NCBI RefSeq assembly: GCF_009914755.1
Contig: NC_060927.1
DNA from: the human T2T-CHM13v2.0 reference genome, Homo sapiens
Strand: one strand, 5' to 3'
Length of the DNA stretch: 64,000 bases
The translations under genes were made by a program, and so were the position numbers. The notes under the pieces were generated by a model, which saw only the letters and a program-made list of their open reading frames with translations, was not told the DNA's origin and searched no databases. Positions 42,201-56,605 of the stretch are shown here, piece by piece (position 1 is the stretch's first letter; each line of letters begins with the position of its first letter).

Positions 42201-45200
42201 CCTATGATAACTACTGGGTTAGCAAGTGCATGTAGGAGAAAGCATCTTGGTATTTTGAAAATACCAAATGTGTCTTATTAATTAATATTGGTCATAATTC
42301 AGGGGTGATTTATTCACATTTAACAATCCAGACATTCAGTGAAGTCTCTCACCCTAAAGGAGACAAAATCAGGGAGTGTGGCCTTCTGTGGGCCAAGCGA
42401 TCCCTGTGTGGCCGAGTCTGGAAGTCTCATGGCTGGGTTCTGGACCTGCAGGATGATTCTGGGGAGAAGGGTTGTCCCAGCTTAAGGTCATGGAGTCAAG
42501 ACCTTTTGTTTTCCTTTGGCCTTTCTAGTCCATTTGAGAAAGTCACCTTTTCAAACCCCTGCCAGCTCTGCCTAGTACTGGAAAGGCCCCAGCAAGAGTG
42601 TTTGACGTTAGGGGAAGTTTGGGGAAAAATCTCTAAGCATATAAACATTGAGAATTGAAAGTCTGATCAGTCATCCAAAAGTTATGGACTTTTGCTGTGG
42701 TTCAGGCCCCAGCTGGGGCTAGGGACCCTGAAATGAGCTGCCCTCTGTCCAGCCTGGGAGCTTGTGTGGGAAGATGCTACAAATCAGGACCCTGTCAGGG
42801 ATGGGGAGGGCCTCTTGAAGGTGCTTTGGGCACGCAAAGTTAAAAAAAAAAAAAAGCTCCCTGAGGTCTTGAATATCAAAAATATGCCAGTTGGGCACCA
42901 GACAGTGAGGGCATTCCCAGTAGGGGAAACAGCCCGTGGAAAGGCCTGGTAGAGAGTGGAAGCCTGTAGAAGCCCTAAGGAGTGCAGCGTGGCTGGGGTG
43001 TCCTGCTCTGGGCAATGGGGAGGGGAGAGGAGCTGCCTGGGGTAGGGGGTGGGGTTGGGTCTGGCTCAGTGGCCTCGGATCTGTTCAGAGTGGTTGGTCT
43101 TGATTCACTCTGGGGAACCAGCCAGAAACAGGAATCCTTATTTCATGGTTCCAACTGCCCCTTAAAGGTAGTGCTTGTTGTTTTGACAACTGGCTCCTGA
43201 ACAGACAAACCCTGCCTTCAACCAAACACCGCTGCAGGAGAATCACAGGCACGGCCACAAGTCTCCAGAGGAAACCCACTCTAACGAGGTGTCTAACCCA
43301 GTTTGCTGACTCACGTGGTTTTGGGAGCCCGTGAAGTGCATTGGGAGGGAGGGGACGGGGACACGGCGCTATTGAAGGAAGCTCGGTCGAAGCCGCCTGT
43401 TTGACACACAACACCGGCTGGAGAAACCGTTCAGCTGGTATTTTCCCAGTGTGGCAGATCTGGAGCCCAGGGGTGTTTGTTTCTGCCTCTCTCTGCACTT
43501 AGCTGGATGCTAAGAAGGGGCGGAGTCAAGGTCAAGTGTTGGTTGAACGAAGGCACGCCATGAAAGATGGCTAATCTTTCTTGGGCACAGAGTATCCTGT
43601 TTCTCCTGAGAGCAAATCCAATTGTGTATTCGAGGCACTTCCTTGTACCTTCCTTGTGTAATTCACGACGATGACCCATTTTACAGATGATGCAACTGAG
43701 CCCCCCAGGGGGAAGTGACATTCCTGAGGTCACCACTTGCAGCTGGGAAGGGGTGCAGTGTTAGGTTCCAACTAAAACATAGGTGATGCAGCATAGGCAA
43801 AGGGTGGAACTAGGCAAACCTTATTTGGGAAACAGAGTCCCGCAGGAGCTGCCTGCACTGGGAATACAGAGCCCAAGCAGCAGAGGCAGGGAGGGCCCCT
43901 CCTCTCCACACACATTGTCGGGAGGAATTATGTAGAACTCGGCCATCTGGGGGTCAGCAGGAACTGCTTGACCAAATAAATAGATGAGTCAATTAAAAAG
44001 GACGGATTTCTTGGCTATATATAGTTGTGGCCTAAATCTCAGGTATCCTTGCCCCCAAGGAGTAAAGGGAACCGTTTTCAGATGGCCCAGGCTGTACATG
44101 GGAGAATAAGCTGATTACACCCGGGGCTGCAGTGGGTGACACACTTTGCAGGAGTGAAAGGAAGCTCTAAGGAGGTGAGGGGTGGGTGGGGGACTCGGGG
44201 CAGGGAGGGTGGAAGGCAACAATTGCGTTTCCAAAAATGGTGTGGGTTGGGAGACTACCCATGGTCCTTCCCCTCATCAGTTTCATTGAGATTGGTCACA
44301 CCCCTGGATATCAGCCACTTAATTTCTCTGGCCAGTCTGAATTTAAATGGCTAAACATTTCTTCCCTAGCCTGCGGGGTCAGTAGTTAGTAATCACGGCA
44401 GGTATGCATGACTCTCACCAATTATGAGTATAATTAAATGGGAAGATCCTTGCAAGCATTGAGCACTGGGCCTCGCGCAGCCAGGGCTGTTAGCTGCTGC
44501 TCTTATGATTGAGGCCAGCTGCCACCCGGTCCGTGAAAATACTTTTGATCTGGGCTGATTCAAGAGACCTGGATTCTAATCCTTGAGTTAATTTGAAAAA
44601 TAATTCCCCTGCCTCCTGCTGGTTTCAGTTTCCCCCTGTGTCAGGTTGAGGGGGAGAGACTTCCTGGTATCTAAGGTCACAGCCAGGCGGTGCCCCAGAG
44701 CGCAGTGGTTACCGATCCAGACTCCAGTCCACCACTTCCTGGCTGTGCAACCTCGGTCAAGTCGCTTATTGATTCTGAGCCGTAGTTCCTCATCTCCATT
44801 TGGGGTAAGTCCCCCCCCAGCCATCCCAAAGGGTGGCTGGTTAAGGATTGGGTAAAATACTGCGTCCACCTGCTGATCCCCAAACTGCACATGCAAGCCT
44901 GCAGCCCAGGGAGCTGGGATTGGCCACGAGGTTGGAGGATTTTGCATACATTTAAAGCATTTCGAGTGTGCTTTTAAGCCCCATTAGACTCTAAGATGCT
45001 ACACAGTCTCGCTACTTTCGGACTAATTAGGAGAAAAGTAAGCAGCTGTAATCAGTGAAAAATGATTTAAGGAAAGAAAAAAATATTTAGCCTGATTAAA
45101 ACATTTCTATTAGCTAGAATTATGTAAAGTGCCCGTCACAGTGCCAGACAGACAATGTCAGCTGCAGTTATTATTTCAGTTATACAAGAACAGGTGGAAT

Positions 45201-48200
45201 TAGGAGAACCAAGGGTTGCTATGACAATAAGCCGGGACCCTCCTCATCCCTACCTGGGAGGAGGGCTGGCCCTGCCCTAGAGCTTCCTGCGGTCTTGGTG
45301 AGGAAGAAGAAACTTCTGGGCCGGCTTCCCAGGGGAAGGTGCACCTGAGGATGAGCAGGAATGTGTCCTTCAGGGCCTGGGAATGGCAGGGCCTCCCAGA
45401 AACGGCGTGGCGATGGGGGTTCTGTGATAAAGGAACCCCTCTCTGGCTTTAGTTCTGCTGCAGAGCGTTCTTATGTGGTGTACTTTCCTGGAAAACACAG
45501 CCTCCCAGCACCCTGCGCTGTGCTGGAAGGAGCATTGTGACCTCATGCTCAGGTACTCTGAGGCACAGAGACCCTGGGTGCTGGGTGTCTTCCGCACTCT
45601 CTGGCTGCTTCTGTGCCTCAGAGTAGAAGCCCTTTGGGAAGACCTAAGAGCCAACCACAATAATTGCAGCTGTCCTGAGTCCTGCTACAGGCAGGCAGCT
45701 CTTCCAGATTAGCCCCAGCATGAGTAGATGTTCCCCTTCACATCTGGAGTTTTAACGTACACTTCTCTGGGCACCTGGCCCTGTCCTGAGAAATTAACCT
45801 GGTGGGATCGCCATCCACCCTGTGAGGTCGATGCCATTATCAGCCATGTTTTACAGGTGAGGAAACCGAGGCACAGAGCATATGCTGCCCACGGTTGCAG
45901 AGCTGGGGTTTGAGCCCCATCAGCCTGGCTTCAGAGCTTCCTGGCTAGCCCCGCCTTCCTTCCCAGGCCTCTGTCTGCTTACTATATGTGAACTCTGGGC
46001 ATCAAGTTGTTGGGCTGATCTGTCATTCAATAATGCCTAAAGGAGGGGTCCCCGGTGCCCAAGGACCTTCAGCCAGGAGCTGTGGGGTTTCAAAGCTGCC
46101 ATGTTGAGGGGTCCCAGTGTCTGACTTCTGCAGTTGCAGCCATCCTGGGGGCCACCAGCAAGGTAACATTCCTCTCCTGAAGGTTTTCTCTCCAGCTGCC
46201 CAAGGTGTCCCAGGGGCCAGCAGGTGGAGAGAAGCTGCCTGGCCACCCTGCTCCAAGGAGCTGCCCTGCTCTTCCCTCCTGTGGGTTGTTGGGGTTGCTC
46301 TGCAGGTCCACAGCAAAGTCCTTTTCTACTCTCGAGTCCAGTTCCCAGCCCCTGTAACTTCCATCTCCCCAGCTTAGCAGGTGCCACCATCCCAAGGGCC
46401 AGAAGGGTACTCAGTACTTTGCATGGGGAACTGCAGGCCCTAATCTGGCCCTCGGCTCCTCCACTCTGCTTTCTGCCCTGAGATGCTCCCCTAACTGTAT
46501 CCTAAGGGCTAGGGGAGGGAGGTGATGGCAGGTTTTCACATCTGTGCTCAGATCCCCAGGGACCCACCAACACAGGGGACCCACATTGCTCAGCAAGAAT
46601 ATTGATGGGGACCCCAGGATCCCCCAGTCACATGCACTGCAGAAGAGGAGGCTGGCCCCTGAGAGGCCTGGGAGAGAGATAGTTGGAATAGAAGGGAGGG
46701 GGCAGCTAGGAGGAGGCCCAGGTGTTAGGGTGACACCCTGAATCTCAGAAGCGGTTGGCCAGTGTTTGAGCCCTGGTCTTGGCCCTGTAAGATGATCTGT
46801 AAAGCACTCGGCGGGCATGGTGCCCAAGAGATGCTCAGCAGGGCCTCGGCTCAGAGCCCAGGCTGCCCATGAGTTGAGGAAGAATGCCGGTCAATTTTGT
46901 CATCATCCTGATAGCTTGAACTTTCTAAGTGCCTGCTGTATGCCAGGCACTGTTCTAAGCAGTCCATACATGTTTGGTTCTTTAATCTCTCAACAGCCTC
47001 ACAACTTAGGTACTGTTATTACTCCCATTCTATATTTGAGGAACCTGAAGCAGAGACAGGTTTATTTATGGTGTACAACTTTCTCTCCTGGGGAGGGTGC
47101 CTTTGCTGAGAGAGGGGCCCTGTGTGCAGGTGTGTGGGAGGGACATTTGGGACCCTGCACCTCCAGGCTGCTGAGTCTCCTGAGAGCAGTTCTGAACCAC
47201 AGTCCAGAGCAGGGCAAGCCTCACCTTGGTCAAGCAATGTCACCAGAGCCTCCGCTGGCCTTTCCTGCCATTGTTCCCTATGCCTGGGGAGGTGGTGTTT
47301 AAGGGACAGGTGTTTCTGCTGTTGGGGAAGTCCCACCTGCTGCCTCCACTGGAGAAAGTGACTCCTCTCTGCTGGGTGACAGTGAGGGGAGCCCCTAAGT
47401 CCCAGGCAATGTGCCTTGCAGCTCATTCCTGTCCTTAGAGACACTGCCTGGGGCCTGCTCAGCTGAACTGTGCCCCTCGCCTGCTACAGAGACAAGGCCA
47501 GGCTTCTTTTTCCCTCTGCATCCCCCTACCCCCAGGAATCGGGGTTGGTCTCCAAGGCTTCTCCCCCCAGTCTCAAACATGCAGGCCTCACTCAGCTGCC
47601 CAGCTCCAGGAGCCCTAGGTCACCCCTGCCAGCCTTTGCCTTGATTTCTCAAACTCCCTTTCTCTTTAGCAAGTGGATAAAGGCATGTTGGCTCTGTCCT
47701 GGGTCCACATCTGGGCTCTGCCACTTGCTATGGAGTAACCTTGGCCAGGTCATTCTCCTCTGAGCCTCATTTTCCTTATTTGTAAGTTGAGGGCCAAGGT
47801 CTTCATCTGCCAGGGCCTGGTGAGGAGCAGCAGCAATAGGGAATAAGAGACTCTCTGGCAAACTCTCAAGTCCGGGATAAATGGCTATTGGGATGATCCT
47901 GGACTTAGTGAGGCTGGCAGAAGTGAAACTCAGCCTGGCCCAGCCCCTAGATGCTCACAGTCTGGCAGATGAGACGTCTGTGTGCACACACGCATCACAT
48001 GCACGCACTGTCATCAGCCAGCCTTAATCTCTTTCCTGAGCTGATTTTGTTTGATGTTTTGCCCAGGTGCCTCCCAGTTCATTATTAGCACCGCCATTCC
48101 CAACCTCACCTGATTTTCAGATTCACCTGGGAAGCTGGTTAAACAGGACAGATTCGTGGGCCCCCACCTTGAAAATTCAGTCAGTAGGGCTGCATGGGCC

Positions 48201-51200
48201 CAGGCATCTGCATTTTTAGCCAGTGTCTCAGGCAACTCTGATGTTCCTCATGTGAGGATTTTGGTCATCCACTAGTCCCTCCTAAGATCCCACAGACTTC
48301 AGCAATGAATGACTTTACAGATTATGAGGCCCGCTTACAGGTCAAGAAACTGAGGTTTCCCAAGGAGAACTTTGAACTTTATCCAAAGTTGCACAGTTCT
48401 GAATGAGAGTGCAGTGTCTGGTGAATGGTGGGGGTGATTTGAGCTGGAGGATGCTAAACGGAAGAGTCTTGGGTGGGCGGGAAGGGCTTTTGCTGGGAGG
48501 TGACACTTGGACCAGGGTCTTCCAGGTGGGTGGGATCTACCTAAATGTAAGAGAACCCACAAACCAAGCACAGACTTGAAAGGGGCAGTGCCGGGGAGAG
48601 AGTCATGCTGGGCAAAAGGAGAAATAAGGTGGCAGAGATTGGGGGCAAGTCAGACAACTCTAGTGAGCCTGGGATTCCAAGAGGAGAAGTTCAGATTATT
48701 ATCTAGGCAGCTGGGAGTCACTGATAGTTCTTGAGCTGGGGGCTGACATGGCAGGCATTTGGGGTTTGCTAGAAACAAACCCGGCTAAGCACGTGGGAGC
48801 AGAGGTCAGGGCACGCCTCCAAGGAGTTTCCAATGGTTGGTGTGGCCTCTTGGGCCACACCACGAGTGACAGGCCATCAGAAGGTATACCATGTCCCCAG
48901 CACCCCCAGAGTTTAAGCTAAATTGCAATGGAAAGTTGAGGGAGATGGCTACCACTGGGGGTTGCCCTGGGAGATGGCCTCTGCACGTAGGACGACCACA
49001 GTTGAGAAGCGTCGGTCCTCCCTGCATCCTAGCCCCACCCGAGTGTGGATTTTAGCGCTGAGCTTTTCTTCTGGCTGAGCAGTAGCCGCTGTTAGGCACC
49101 ATCTTGTAGTGCTGGAAGTCGCTGCCACCACTGCACCAACAGTTGCCAACCTGACAGAATTAGATATGAGCCTCATCCTCCCAAGTTTGGAAGAAGAGCT
49201 TATGTTCAGCCTCTGGCGTCCACTGTATCCCACCAAGTTGGGGTTGTCGGGAATGTCCCGCCCCTCCACCACATCTTTCAGGCCTCAGTTTCCCCTCTGT
49301 GAAATGAGTTCCCTCCAGCTCTGATGGGGCCGTCTGTGGAGGAGGCTAGAGACTGTAGCTTTGTCTTGTCACTGATCTGCTATGTGGCCTGGGCCTCAGT
49401 TTCCTCATCTGTAAAATGGGCTTGGATGTGGACGTGCCAAGACCTCCAAAGCCCCACTGTGAGTCTTTGATTTTGTGTGGGATCCCAGGGCATCCCCTGG
49501 CACTTGGCAAACCTTTAGGGGCAGGAAAAATTAACTTCAAAGTCATTATTGGAAGATGCTCAGGAATGGACATATCGTTTAATGAAAAGTGATTTCCTAA
49601 AGATCTGGTGTTCATCTGTAGAGTTTTGACCATCTGATGGGAAACTGTGCTCAGATGTTGGGAGCACATCCTGGTCCACCCTTCCCCACTGTCCACATAC
49701 CCCAGCATCTGTCATTGCAGTTTGCTCTGTCGCCCTCGTAGAGGAGCTCTCAGAATGCCTGACGTGGAAGGCTGTTTCTCCCTATGCAGAGTGTCCCCAG
49801 AGCCCTAAGCCCTAAACATTCCATCTGAAAAATCCTCATCGTGCTGGGCCTTGTATTAATACTAGGTGTCAGGAAGCAGGACCCGGGTGACTGGGGAGTA
49901 ACAGACAGCAACAGTACAGGCTGGGAACGCAGGGACAGAGCTGTCCTGGAGGCTGTCCCATCGAGGCTGTGAGGGGTACCTGCTCATTAGGCAGGGGAAG
50001 AGTGTACCGGGCTGAGGGCACAGCACAAGCCAAGGGTGTTGGGGCTTGAGAAACCACAGCGTGTGCTTCAGGAACCCCTGGGGATCTTGGGCTGGTTCTG
50101 GATGGTGGAGGGGGCCTAGGAATCGGCTTCCAGTTAAGTAGAGCAGGCACCTGTGCTCCAGAACACAGTGGGCACCGGTGACCGACAGTGCTAGTTCCCC
50201 ACCCTGTCTTGCTAAATCCCAGGCTGTTTGGTTCCTCTAGCACCACACTCTGGTCAAGCTGAATTTCTGAGTCCGAGTGAGGTGGGGCGGAGGTAGGAAG
50301 GAAGAAGAAAGTACATCCTCGTCAGGGGGAAAAACATGTTTAAAAGAGGAACAAGGAGGGGCAGGTTGTTTGCAAACATTTAATGAGGTAGGAGTTTCAC
50401 ATACTGTAGATGGGATATTGTGCCTACTTTAGAGAGGGTAACACTGAGGCTGAAGAGAGAAGGTGACTTGCCCAAGGCTGTACAGCAGAGCGCCCTGACT
50501 GGTTTCCATGGCACTGTGGCATCCGGCAGAGCCACAGTGACAGAGTTGGGGCTGGCCCGGCTCCTGCACGTGCACCCTTAGCTGACTCTGTCACTGGGGC
50601 CTGTATCCTTCCAGTTTCTATAGAGCAAGGGAGGGGCTGCCCTCTGCTTTTCATAGCCAACAAGGAGCAGGGCTTTAGGCTTCTTACAGCTTAAAAGGAG
50701 AAGGTCAAGGAAATGGCAACCAACCTTTCTCTTTTCTTGAGTTTCTTTTTTGTGGCCTCCAGAAATAATCCTGGGCTCTGCAGAGCCTGTTTCAGGCTCA
50801 TGGTCTACCCTACCCCGCCCCCATTTCCGGCAAAACCAGGCTGAGGGCTGGGCTGCTAGCGAAGCTGACAGCAAGAGTGACAGCCCTGTCCTGTCGCTGG
50901 TGAGTCAGTGCCAGGAGGTGGCTGCCTGCTGACTCACCCACTCCTTCCGCAGGCTCCAGGGGCCCCTACAGCAGCCTGACTCCAGCCAGCCCTGGGCCAT
51001 GGGGGAAGGAGATGGAAAAGGGGCTTGGCTCCCTCTGACCCTTCACCCAGCCCCTGCACCCTGGAGCAGAGCTGCAGGCAGTGTGACCGTTGTGCTGTTA
51101 TTGGCCTAAACACATAGCAACAGGAAAACAACCCCAAAACCCCAGCCTTAAGAGCAAGTCCAACAGTGCGCGACTCCCCAGGTCAGGAGAAGCCCCGATG

Positions 51201-51983
51201 TGCGCAGAATCTGCAGATGGGGCTGCTCTCGGCCCTGCCTCTGGCTGTGGAAACAGGCCTCCAAGTACCCAAGGTAGGCATTTTGGTGGCCCTCCCCAAG
51301 CTCCTCTTTCTCCTCCAGCCCAGCTGTGGGTACCAAGTGCCCTGGAAGTCTACTGAGTGGTGTCCAGGGTCCCCTCAGACAGCATCCCAGAGACTTGACC
51401 TTCCTCTGTGTGTCCAGGCTGTCAGGCCCAGCTCTCAGGGACTCTTTGACCAGAGACGTCTTTGAAGCCTACCCTTGACCAGACACGGAACCTTGTCCTT
51501 CCTCTGAACTTGTAGAATAATTTTTGTTTCTTTAACAAAACGAGCCCCTCCCTCCTTCTCTAGTCGTTAGTGCTGTGAAGGTGGGACGGTGACCCAGTAC
51601 CCCTGTGATGGCCCTGGGCCAGGTGTGTAGCAGGTGCTCAGTCAGCCAGAGCTTTTGTTCCCTCCCGCCACCTCCCCCAGAGAGAATTGCCCCAGGTAAG
51701 CGAGTGCCTGCTCAGAGCAGAGTGGGCAGATGACTTCCCAAGAGCACATTACAGCAAAGGGTGACCCTGTTCCTTTCAAAGCATGGCTTCACCCATGGAG
51801 CCGGCAGGGTTTGGGCTTCCTGCACAAGGATGTTGTGTTTGTGCCACCAGTCTTAGGTGTTAGGTCCTTGGTCAAGGGGAAGACATTCTGGCCACCCACC
51901 CCGCAGGTTCTCAGCTCATGGTGAGGAACCCAGGCGGCCGAGGTGTGGGGTTAACGACTCTACAGGCCCCACCAGAAAGTGTT

Positions 51984-52291
51984 AGCTGAGCACGGTAGCT
52001 CCCATCTATAATCTCAGCACTTTGGGAGGCCAAGGCAGGTGGATCACTTGAGGTCAGGAGTTTGAGACTAGCCTGGCCAACATGGTGAAACCCCATCTCT
52101 ACTAAAAATACTAAATAATTAGCTGGGCGTGGTGGCGCACACCTGTAATCCCAGCTATTCAGGAGGCTGAGAAACGAGAATCCCTTGGACCCAGGTGGCG
52201 GAGGTTGCAGAGAGCTGAGATCGCACCCTGCACTCCAGCTTGGGCAACAGAGCTAGACTCTGTCTCAAAAAAAAAAAAAAAAAAAAAAAAA
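51984..52291 (+). mobile_element. Alu (S-type)
   Basis: Full consensus with a long A tail. Confidence 0.95.
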
Positions 52292-54652
52292 GTCATAAGT
52301 ACCTGCAGGGAAAAACCCAACATGGGCCCTTAAGTTCCCTTTCAGAGTAGAAGGGAAGGGTTGGTGGTCAGGGACAATCCAGGGCTTTTAGCCAAAAGCG
52401 TTGAGCCCTCACTGGGGCAGCACAAAACTTGGGATAAATCCAGGTTCTAACTCTGGCCTTGGGGGCCCCGTCCCCTCTTCCTCTCTGCCACACTCTGGCT
52501 TTCTGTTTCTTCACTATGTGCACCATGGCCCTCTTTACACCTGCTGTTCTCTGCTCTTAGAACAGTGTTCCCCCAGTTCTTTGCCCCCAGTTCTTTGCCT
52601 CAGCTTCAGTGTGGCTAAAAGCTTGTTCCCTAGAGCCGAGCTTCTGGGTTTGAATCCAGCTGTATGACCCTGGGCAAGTGGCTTTACTTCTCTGGGCCTC
52701 TTTCCATCATCCGGGCTGGTGAGGAGTAAGTGAGTGAGTTGGTGTCTGGAAAGGGCTTGGCACAGGGCCTGCCCACAGTGAGTCCTCAGCGAGCTGCTGT
52801 TGTTATGAAATGTCACCTCCGCAGAGGGGCCTACTTTGTTGTTTTCTGTGTGCTGGGCACTGTCGTAAATAATTGCTCATTTATGTGTTTAGTGTCTATC
52901 TCCCCTTCTGCAGGTCAGCTTGGTAGGGCTCACCCACTGTCTCCAGTTCCTAGAGCAGTGCCTGGCACATAGTAGGGTGAGTTAACAGCCACTGCTTGCC
53001 AAAGCCACTCAAACCTTTGTTCTAACCCTGGACCTCTGAGATGCAGAGGGGAAGTGACTTGGCCTGCATGACCCAGCTTTCTGACCTCGCCCACTGCCCT
53101 TTCCCCGACTTAGCTGCTTGGGCTCTGCTGTGGGGCACCTCCGTTTGGAGTATGGTGTGTGCCTCAAACACCTTCATCTGGGGCAGCGCCAGCCACCCTG
53201 CCTCATCCTGGCCCTTCTCAGGCCATCCTGCCACCGGGAGCCTGCCGTGCCTCCACCCCTCCCCCTGCAACTGGCACGGTGGCACTCTCCTTGCTGCCTC
53301 TCCTCTGCTGCCAGACTGTGGTTCTCTGGGGCTTTGGGCCAGGTCCTGCCACTTCCAAGGAGATGATAAAACAGTTTGGACCCAGTCCCCAGACCTTATG
53401 TTCACCTGCCAATGTTTTTATGAGGGGAAGGTGACAAGTTGGCTGTCTATTGGACTCATACCGTGTCTCGCCACCCCCGGCGTTGTTCCAGAGGCTTGTT
53501 CTTTGCAAAACCTGCTCACTGTCATCCACTCTTCCCCAGCAAACCACAGACTAAGAAGAACTACGTGGTCTGGCTGGTCCCCATCCAGAGGTCACCTTGC
53601 CCCAGGGTGGCACCAAGGTCATGGAGTTGGGACGTGGGTGCAAATCCTGGCCCACTGTCCTGTAGCTGTGGGACCTGGGATAAGGCTTCCCCCTTCTCTG
53701 AGCCTCAGTCTCCTGATCTGTGAAAGGCAAGGCTGATGAGGCCGGGGGTGAGGTAGAGGCTTTTCTGCAGGGCTTAGTGTGATCCAGGCAGGAGGCTTCT
53801 AGCGGAGGTCGGGGGTCTCTGAGGGTAGACCCGTACTTTGGTGGGGTGGAGGTTGCAGTTAAATCAGGAGAGGGGAGGACCTCACCCGAGGATGCTGAAC
53901 CCCAGGTAGATAACAAGCCCCTGTCCCAGAGACGGCATGCTGAAACGATTTCCTCAACAGAATTCACTTTCACTACGACCAGAATATTTTTGCTCATTGT
54001 TTCGGCTTTGTTCCGGGCAAAACAATGCCTGGCTTCCTGGATGACCTCACCGGGACAAGCCATCAGGGCTGTAGGCCAGCCTGGTCAGCATCTCCGCACG
54101 AGCCCATTCTTCCCTTTGCCACGGCCACCTTAGGTGACCTGGGGGCAATAGTGTGACCAAAGAGAGCAGACTGGCCACAGGCTGAGTCTGGCCCCCTCTG
54201 CGTTTGTGTTTGACCCAGGTGGTGGTTTAGAAACTGAAAAATGTGTGTGTGCATATAAACCAGATTTCAACATCTCTTGAGAAGCTGGAGGATCCAGCCC
54301 CAGTGGGCACCAGTCCCGAAGGCACCTGCAGTAGTGGGAGCTAAGGAGAGCTGCCTGTGAGAGTCCAGACTCCTCCTGTCCCCTGGTTCCCACTCTTCCC
54401 TGCGACCTCCCCACCCCAGTGGACTCCTGTCCTTTGCCCACCAGGCCTCTGGAGGCTTTGGAGCTCGCCACGCTTGAGTTAGCCTTTCCTTGGGAGCAGA
54501 TAACCAACAGATACAGACCTCATGATACAATTCAATGATTCAATCTCTTAAAGGTGTACTTTTAAAATATATATAAAAGAGAAAAAGAAAGGCTTTGATT
54601 AATTTCCACTTAAAACAGCTACTCCACTTAGAGTGGTGGAAAGAGCTTCTAC

Positions 54653-54965
54653 TTTATTATTATTATTTTTTCATCTTTTTAGAAACAGGGTCTTGCTCTG
54701 TCACCCAGCCTGGAGTGAGGTGGCATGATCACAACTCACTGCAGCCTCCAACTCCCGGGTGCAAGTGATCCTCCTACCGCAGCCTCCTGAGTAGCTGGGA
54801 CTGCAGGCGCACGTGACCACACCTGGCTAATTTTTTTTTAACTTTTTGTACAGACAGGGTCCAAATGTGTTGCCCAGGCTTATCTGGAACTCCTGGCCTC
54901 AAGCCACCCTTTCACTTCAGCCTTCCAGAGTGTTGGGATTAAAGGTGTGAGCCACCACGCCCACC
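54653..54965 (-). mobile_element. Alu (J-like)
   Basis: Full antisense consensus. Confidence 0.92.
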
Positions 54966-55618
54966 CAGGAATAGCACTCTTAACAACAACTCCCTTTTTT
55001 TTTTTTTTTTTTGGTGCTTAATTGTTAAACACTAGGGCCAAGGAGAGTGCCCTTGGCAGGCATCACTAATAGATCCTGGCCATCCTGCTCACTGAGCCTG
55101 TACCTAGCCCAGAATCTATGGAGACAGTGGTCCAGGGAGCCCCATCAGAGTTCGCTGTTTGCTAGAGGAGGGCTCCAGTCCAGCACGCCATCTGTCCTGC
55201 CTGAGTCTGTGCTGTTTCATTAGCTGGCCTGGCCCAGCCCTGTGGCCCTTGGCACTGACTGCTCCCCAGGCCCTGTCCAGCCTCCTGAGCCCCGTCTCCA
55301 TCATGTGGCCCTTCACTTCCCTGTTTGCCTTTGCCTAGTTCCCCAGTTTGTCAGCCAGCTTGCAGCTGGCTCCTTAAAGACACCAGACCCCATTTCATTT
55401 GATCCATAGCAGCTACAGTAGTTGAGAACATGGACTTCAGAGGCCAAGACAGACCTGGGGGGCATTTGGAGCTTAAGTGGCCTTTTCCTCACTGTGTGAC
55501 TGTGGACAAGTGACTTGACATCTCTGTGCTTTATCAGCACAGGAAGGATGGGAGCAGCACCCACTGAGGGGATTAGCTAAGAAAATGAAAATGTGCTTGT
55601 AGTCAGTGCTCTTTTTAA

Positions 55619-56215
<597 letters not shown>

Positions 56216-56219
56216 CACT

Positions 56220-56605
<386 letters not shown>

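Noticed and set aside
53041-53736. 231-aa intronic ORF
   Set aside because: Starts and ends in MIR-like sequence; no homology that I recognise
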